From the NCBI GenBank assembly GCA_002269645.1, contig NIVC01000132.1, positions 372,001 to 436,000 on the forward strand: a DNA stretch of 64,000 bases. The letters are read 5' to 3'. This document shows, piece after piece, positions 61,701 to 64,000 of the stretch (its first letter is position 1; each line of letters begins with the position of its first letter). A program made the translations under genes and the position numbers. This DNA comes from Macrostomum lignano (lineage: Eukaryota). The notes beneath the pieces were generated by a model. That model worked only from the letters and a program-made list of their open reading frames with translations, did not search any database and was not told the DNA's origin.

Positions 61701-64000
61701 ACGAGTAGCCGCAGACCAGAACAGCTGGGAGTTTGAAGAGGATTTAATGAGGAGTCCACCGTTTTTTTCATCCAACTCTTGTTTAATTCGAAAGGCGACG
61801 AAAAGTTGTTTGCAATCTGGAAGGATCTGTCTTGGCATTGAGTTGGCGTAGGTTTAACCTGACGAACTATTTTTTTCAACCGGTTTTCAGACGGCTCTCG
61901 CCGACACGGAATGCGTGTTACCGCATCACATTCCGGTGTCCGACTTCACTCACCTGGTGCTGCACCCCGACTGCGAGTACACTAGCGTGGAGTTTCACGA
62001 ACGCCTGGAGCTGCCGCTACGCGAACACCTGGCCTGCCCGCTCAGCCTGGTTGAATCTGTGCGGCTCGGCCTTCGGCCGGACAGCAGCTCCACCGGCCTC
62101 CTGTTCGGCCTGGCCGACGGCGCGGCCATGACCTGCTCGCTCAGCATCGCCAGCCTGACAGCTACGGTAGGTCGAGCCGATCCGGACGACACTTGCAGCA
62201 GCAACGGCGGCGACGACGGTGGCGGCTTCGTCAAGGAGATGGAGAAACGCGGTTTAAACCAGCTGGCGAAACTGCGCAGCGTTTTGCTGACAATTCACGG
62301 CCAGGTGGTTCGGGTGAGTTTCTCAGGGGTGCTGCAGCCAATTAAGGCGAAAATGGAGTCGCAGCTAACAGGAAGGCAGAAGTACGAGTATAGCCCTGGA
62401 ATTCTCCTTGTAGGGCATGTACAGGCATGTGGGTAGTTTAATGTTTCAGGTTTCTTAAGTAGTCTTTAGGTCAGACTGTTTTTCCACTCTGATACCTGCT
62501 AATCCACCGCGTCTAATAATAGAACTAGACAACATAGATCAGACCATTTTAATGTACTTGCATAGGCAATTAAAGTAGAAGGACACGAAACTTTATTTTC
62601 CTAGAAATGGGCTGGAGGCTGCGTTGAATCCAGCAACGCCATAGACACTTGTGCGCGTGATCTAGGCGTTGCTGAATTTAGCACACTCGTGCGCCACCCA
62701 TTATCCCGAGTTCCGACCTTCGTCTAACCACCCATTTGTCGCTCGGAAGTACCATAGACAAAACCATTATCCAGAACTCAAGGACTAAATGCTGCCGTAT
62801 TGGAGAAGTATGGGGGAAACTGTACGCCTACATTTTCTGGAAGTACAGTACATTTTGTAATTTATAGTATATGTGCCAATAGGAATTATTGACTGATCGG
62901 TGTTCGTTTATTGTGTCTGAAATGCATTAATAATGAGTTTCAATTAGGCAGATTTCTCGTTAACTCCGAATTCAGATTCATATTAATGGCGAGTACATAA
63001 TGACGTACTTGATGAAGTTGGATGCTAGAAGAGTGAAGAGCCTGTACATTGAAGGCGATCTAATGCTGGAGGATTTCAAAATCAAGGAGATGGTGAGAGT
63101 TTGAAATTATAAAATTTTGTTTTAAGAAAGCACATGCCTAATTGCAATTAACAATTTTTAACAAAAAATCTCTCATATCTTGCCATATCTCGTCCAATCA
63201 GAGCTCACTACCTCACCCATAGCCCTGCCCGATGAATCGTGTCTGCTATCCGCTCAGCCAATCGGAGCTCACTACCTCACCCATAGCCCTGCCCGATGAA
63301 TCGTGTCTGCTATCCGCTCAGCCAATCGGAGCTCACTACCTCACCCATAGCCCTGCCCGATGAATCGTGTCTGCTATCCGCTCAGCCAATCGGAACTTAC
63401 TACCTCGCCCCATCATTCCCTCCAGCGAGCCAATCCACTGACGGCTCTTCCCAAGCAGCTGCCAGTAGGCGGCCAGATTCGAATCTGGGCCCGGTTGCTG
63501 CCGTCGGCCGCTTCGATGCCGGCCGGCAACAACTGTCGAATTTCGCTTCGAACCGGCGCTGACCCGAGCTCAGCGGACTTTGCCCTCCTTGCCCGGGTGG
63601 CGCCCAGCAGAGAATCGGACAGCGGCGCCGTCGGCTGTCTGGCCCTCAGCGCCATCGTCAACGGTCAGCAGAGCGACGAAGCAGTGGACGCCACCAGCCG
63701 CAGCGACGCAAAAGATAGGGACGGCTTCGCCTTCGAGACGACGATCGTCCGACGCTTGAAGGACTTCTACGTAGTGTTGGACAGCGGGCACAACGCCAGC
63801 CTGCGCCACCGGATCGACCCGGACCTGGTGACTCATCTGCACCTGGCTGGCGCCGCCACCGCCTTTCTGTTTGTCAGCTTCCCAGCCAGCCTGTGGCTTC
63901 CCTACACCAATCGCCTGCCGCCGATGGATCCGAGTCGGCCGGGCCGGTTGATCCGTCTCGGTCTGTCGGACGGGGCCGACCTGGCCGAGACCGACGGGGG
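22796..64000 (+). CDS. Giant multi-galectin-like repeat protein (>=12,500 aa, 3'-incomplete); exons 22796-22879, 22954-23033, 23147-23339, 24187-24358, 24438-59489, 60194-60838, 61127-61227, 61454-61667, 61891-62313, 62976-63092, 63426->64000
   Basis: Every junction is GT-AG and phase compatible (0,2,0,1,0,0,2,0,0,0), apart from the indels inside the repeat exon. The small exons are stop-free and their joins rebuild galectin-fold patterns across introns (GYD|ISLQEKHLAELSH; VVR|IHINGEYIMTY). Confidence 0.75.
22972..24310 (+). CDS. Galectin-like domain 1 (N-terminal, spread over three exons)
   Basis: LFVGEGVVAKGILHGQYLNVTLSAENWQLESINISLSSNGQFEISY...PYSFVIKVAVQPLGYDISLQEKHLAELSHNGNYSAICTVILGGEADFTELEI follows the galectin CRD pattern (G..I.I.G.V...F.INL; F.L.I.V...F.V.VNG.HL.EF.H...I..L.I.GD..L). 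Confidence 0.6.
24438..59489 (+). CDS. Single coding exon of about 35 kb (repeat linker)
   Basis: Acceptor TTACAG|TA at 24437 and donor AGT|GTAAGC at 59490. The ORF pieces of 4979, 382, 833, 319, 222, 151, 979, 1340 and 2304 aa all encode the same repeats and are offset by small indels. Confidence 0.75.
25340..58425 (+). repeat. Coding higher-order tandem array: about 83 A units (231 bp, 77 aa) and 20 B units (702 or 696 bp)
   Basis: Order deduced from unit spacing: (A3B)x11, A9B, A1B, A15B, A5B, A5B, A1B, A1B, A3B, A4B, A6. The basic period is 1395 bp = 3x231 + 702. Confidence 0.93.
59553..59910 (+). mobile_element. tRNA-derived SINE-like element in an intron
   Basis: GGGGGCG followed by an A box TAGCCCAGCGG (59561-59571) and a B-box-like GGCTCGATTCC (59604-59614). 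The cloverleaf stems do not pair properly. A non-tRNA body follows, with a stem-loop at about 59713-59758 and an A-rich end. Confidence 0.6.
60853..61095. repeat. 51-bp intronic minisatellite (about 4.7 copies)
   Basis: Unit GATAGGAAATCGAGGGATAGCAAGGATGTAACCTAAATGGGATATCTCG and variants. Confidence 0.92.
61200..63092 (+). CDS. Galectin-like domains 2 and 3
   Basis: Domain 2 ends LSPKQNDEFRLVICFKRLGLS|TALADTECVLPHHIPVSDFTHLVLHPDCEYTSV. Domain 3 runs LELPLREHLACPLSLVESVRLGLRP...LRSVLLTIHGQVVR|IHINGEYIMTYLMKLDARRVKSLYIEGDLML. Both match the C-terminal galectin pattern (F.L.I...F.V.VNG....F.HR.P...IT.L.I.GD). Confidence 0.65.
63201..63410. repeat. 64-bp intronic minisatellite (about 3.3 copies)
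   Basis: GAGCTCACTACCTCACCCATAGCCCTGCCCGATGAATCGTGTCTGCTATCCGCTCAGCCAATCG starts at 63201, 63265 and 63329. Confidence 0.95.
63426..64000 (+). CDS. Galectin-like domain 4 and start of domain 5 (this frame is absent from the ORF track)
   Basis: The frame is open from acceptor TCCAG| at 63425 to the window end: LPKQLPVGGQIRIWARLLP...CRISLRTGADPSSADFALLARV...LALSAIVNGQQSDE...FAFETTIVRRLKDFYVVLDSGHNASLRHRIDPDLVTHLHLAG, then LPYTNRLPPMDPSRPGRLIRLG. Confidence 0.78.

Noticed and set aside
61127-62313. C2 plus RhoGAP reading of the 3' exons (LSITVGSVWSF; FVKEMEKRGLN)
   Set aside because: The following residues lack the RhoGAP GIYR/arginine-finger pattern, and the spliced sequence fits repeated galectin C-terminal patterns much better.

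Overview
Eukaryotic (metazoan) genomic DNA. GC-rich exons, minisatellite-filled introns and an apparent spliced-leader-dependent start suggest a free-living flatworm such as Macrostomum; this is inference only. From 1 to 22 kb the window holds a decayed hAT transposon, a two-exon MRPS18B gene (+) with no genomic start codon, and a convergent six-exon PAS-PAS/LxxLL gene (-) resembling p160/NCOA coactivators. It also holds a cluster of MITEs and a decayed NOF/Rehavkus-type Mutator element with Ulp1-like and PHD-like remnants. From 22.8 kb to the window end lies one giant + strand gene that I assembled by hand from phase-compatible GT-AG exons. It encodes an N-terminal galectin-like domain, then a single exon of about 35 kb (about 11,700 aa) built from 231-bp and 702-bp coding repeats in a higher-order array, then at least four more galectin-like domains running off the window. 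The predicted protein is >=12,500 aa. The domains appear to lack the canonical galactoside-binding residues. Frameshifts in the array between 39 and 52.5 kb look like long-read consensus errors. All domain calls are from motif recognition by eye, not database searches.
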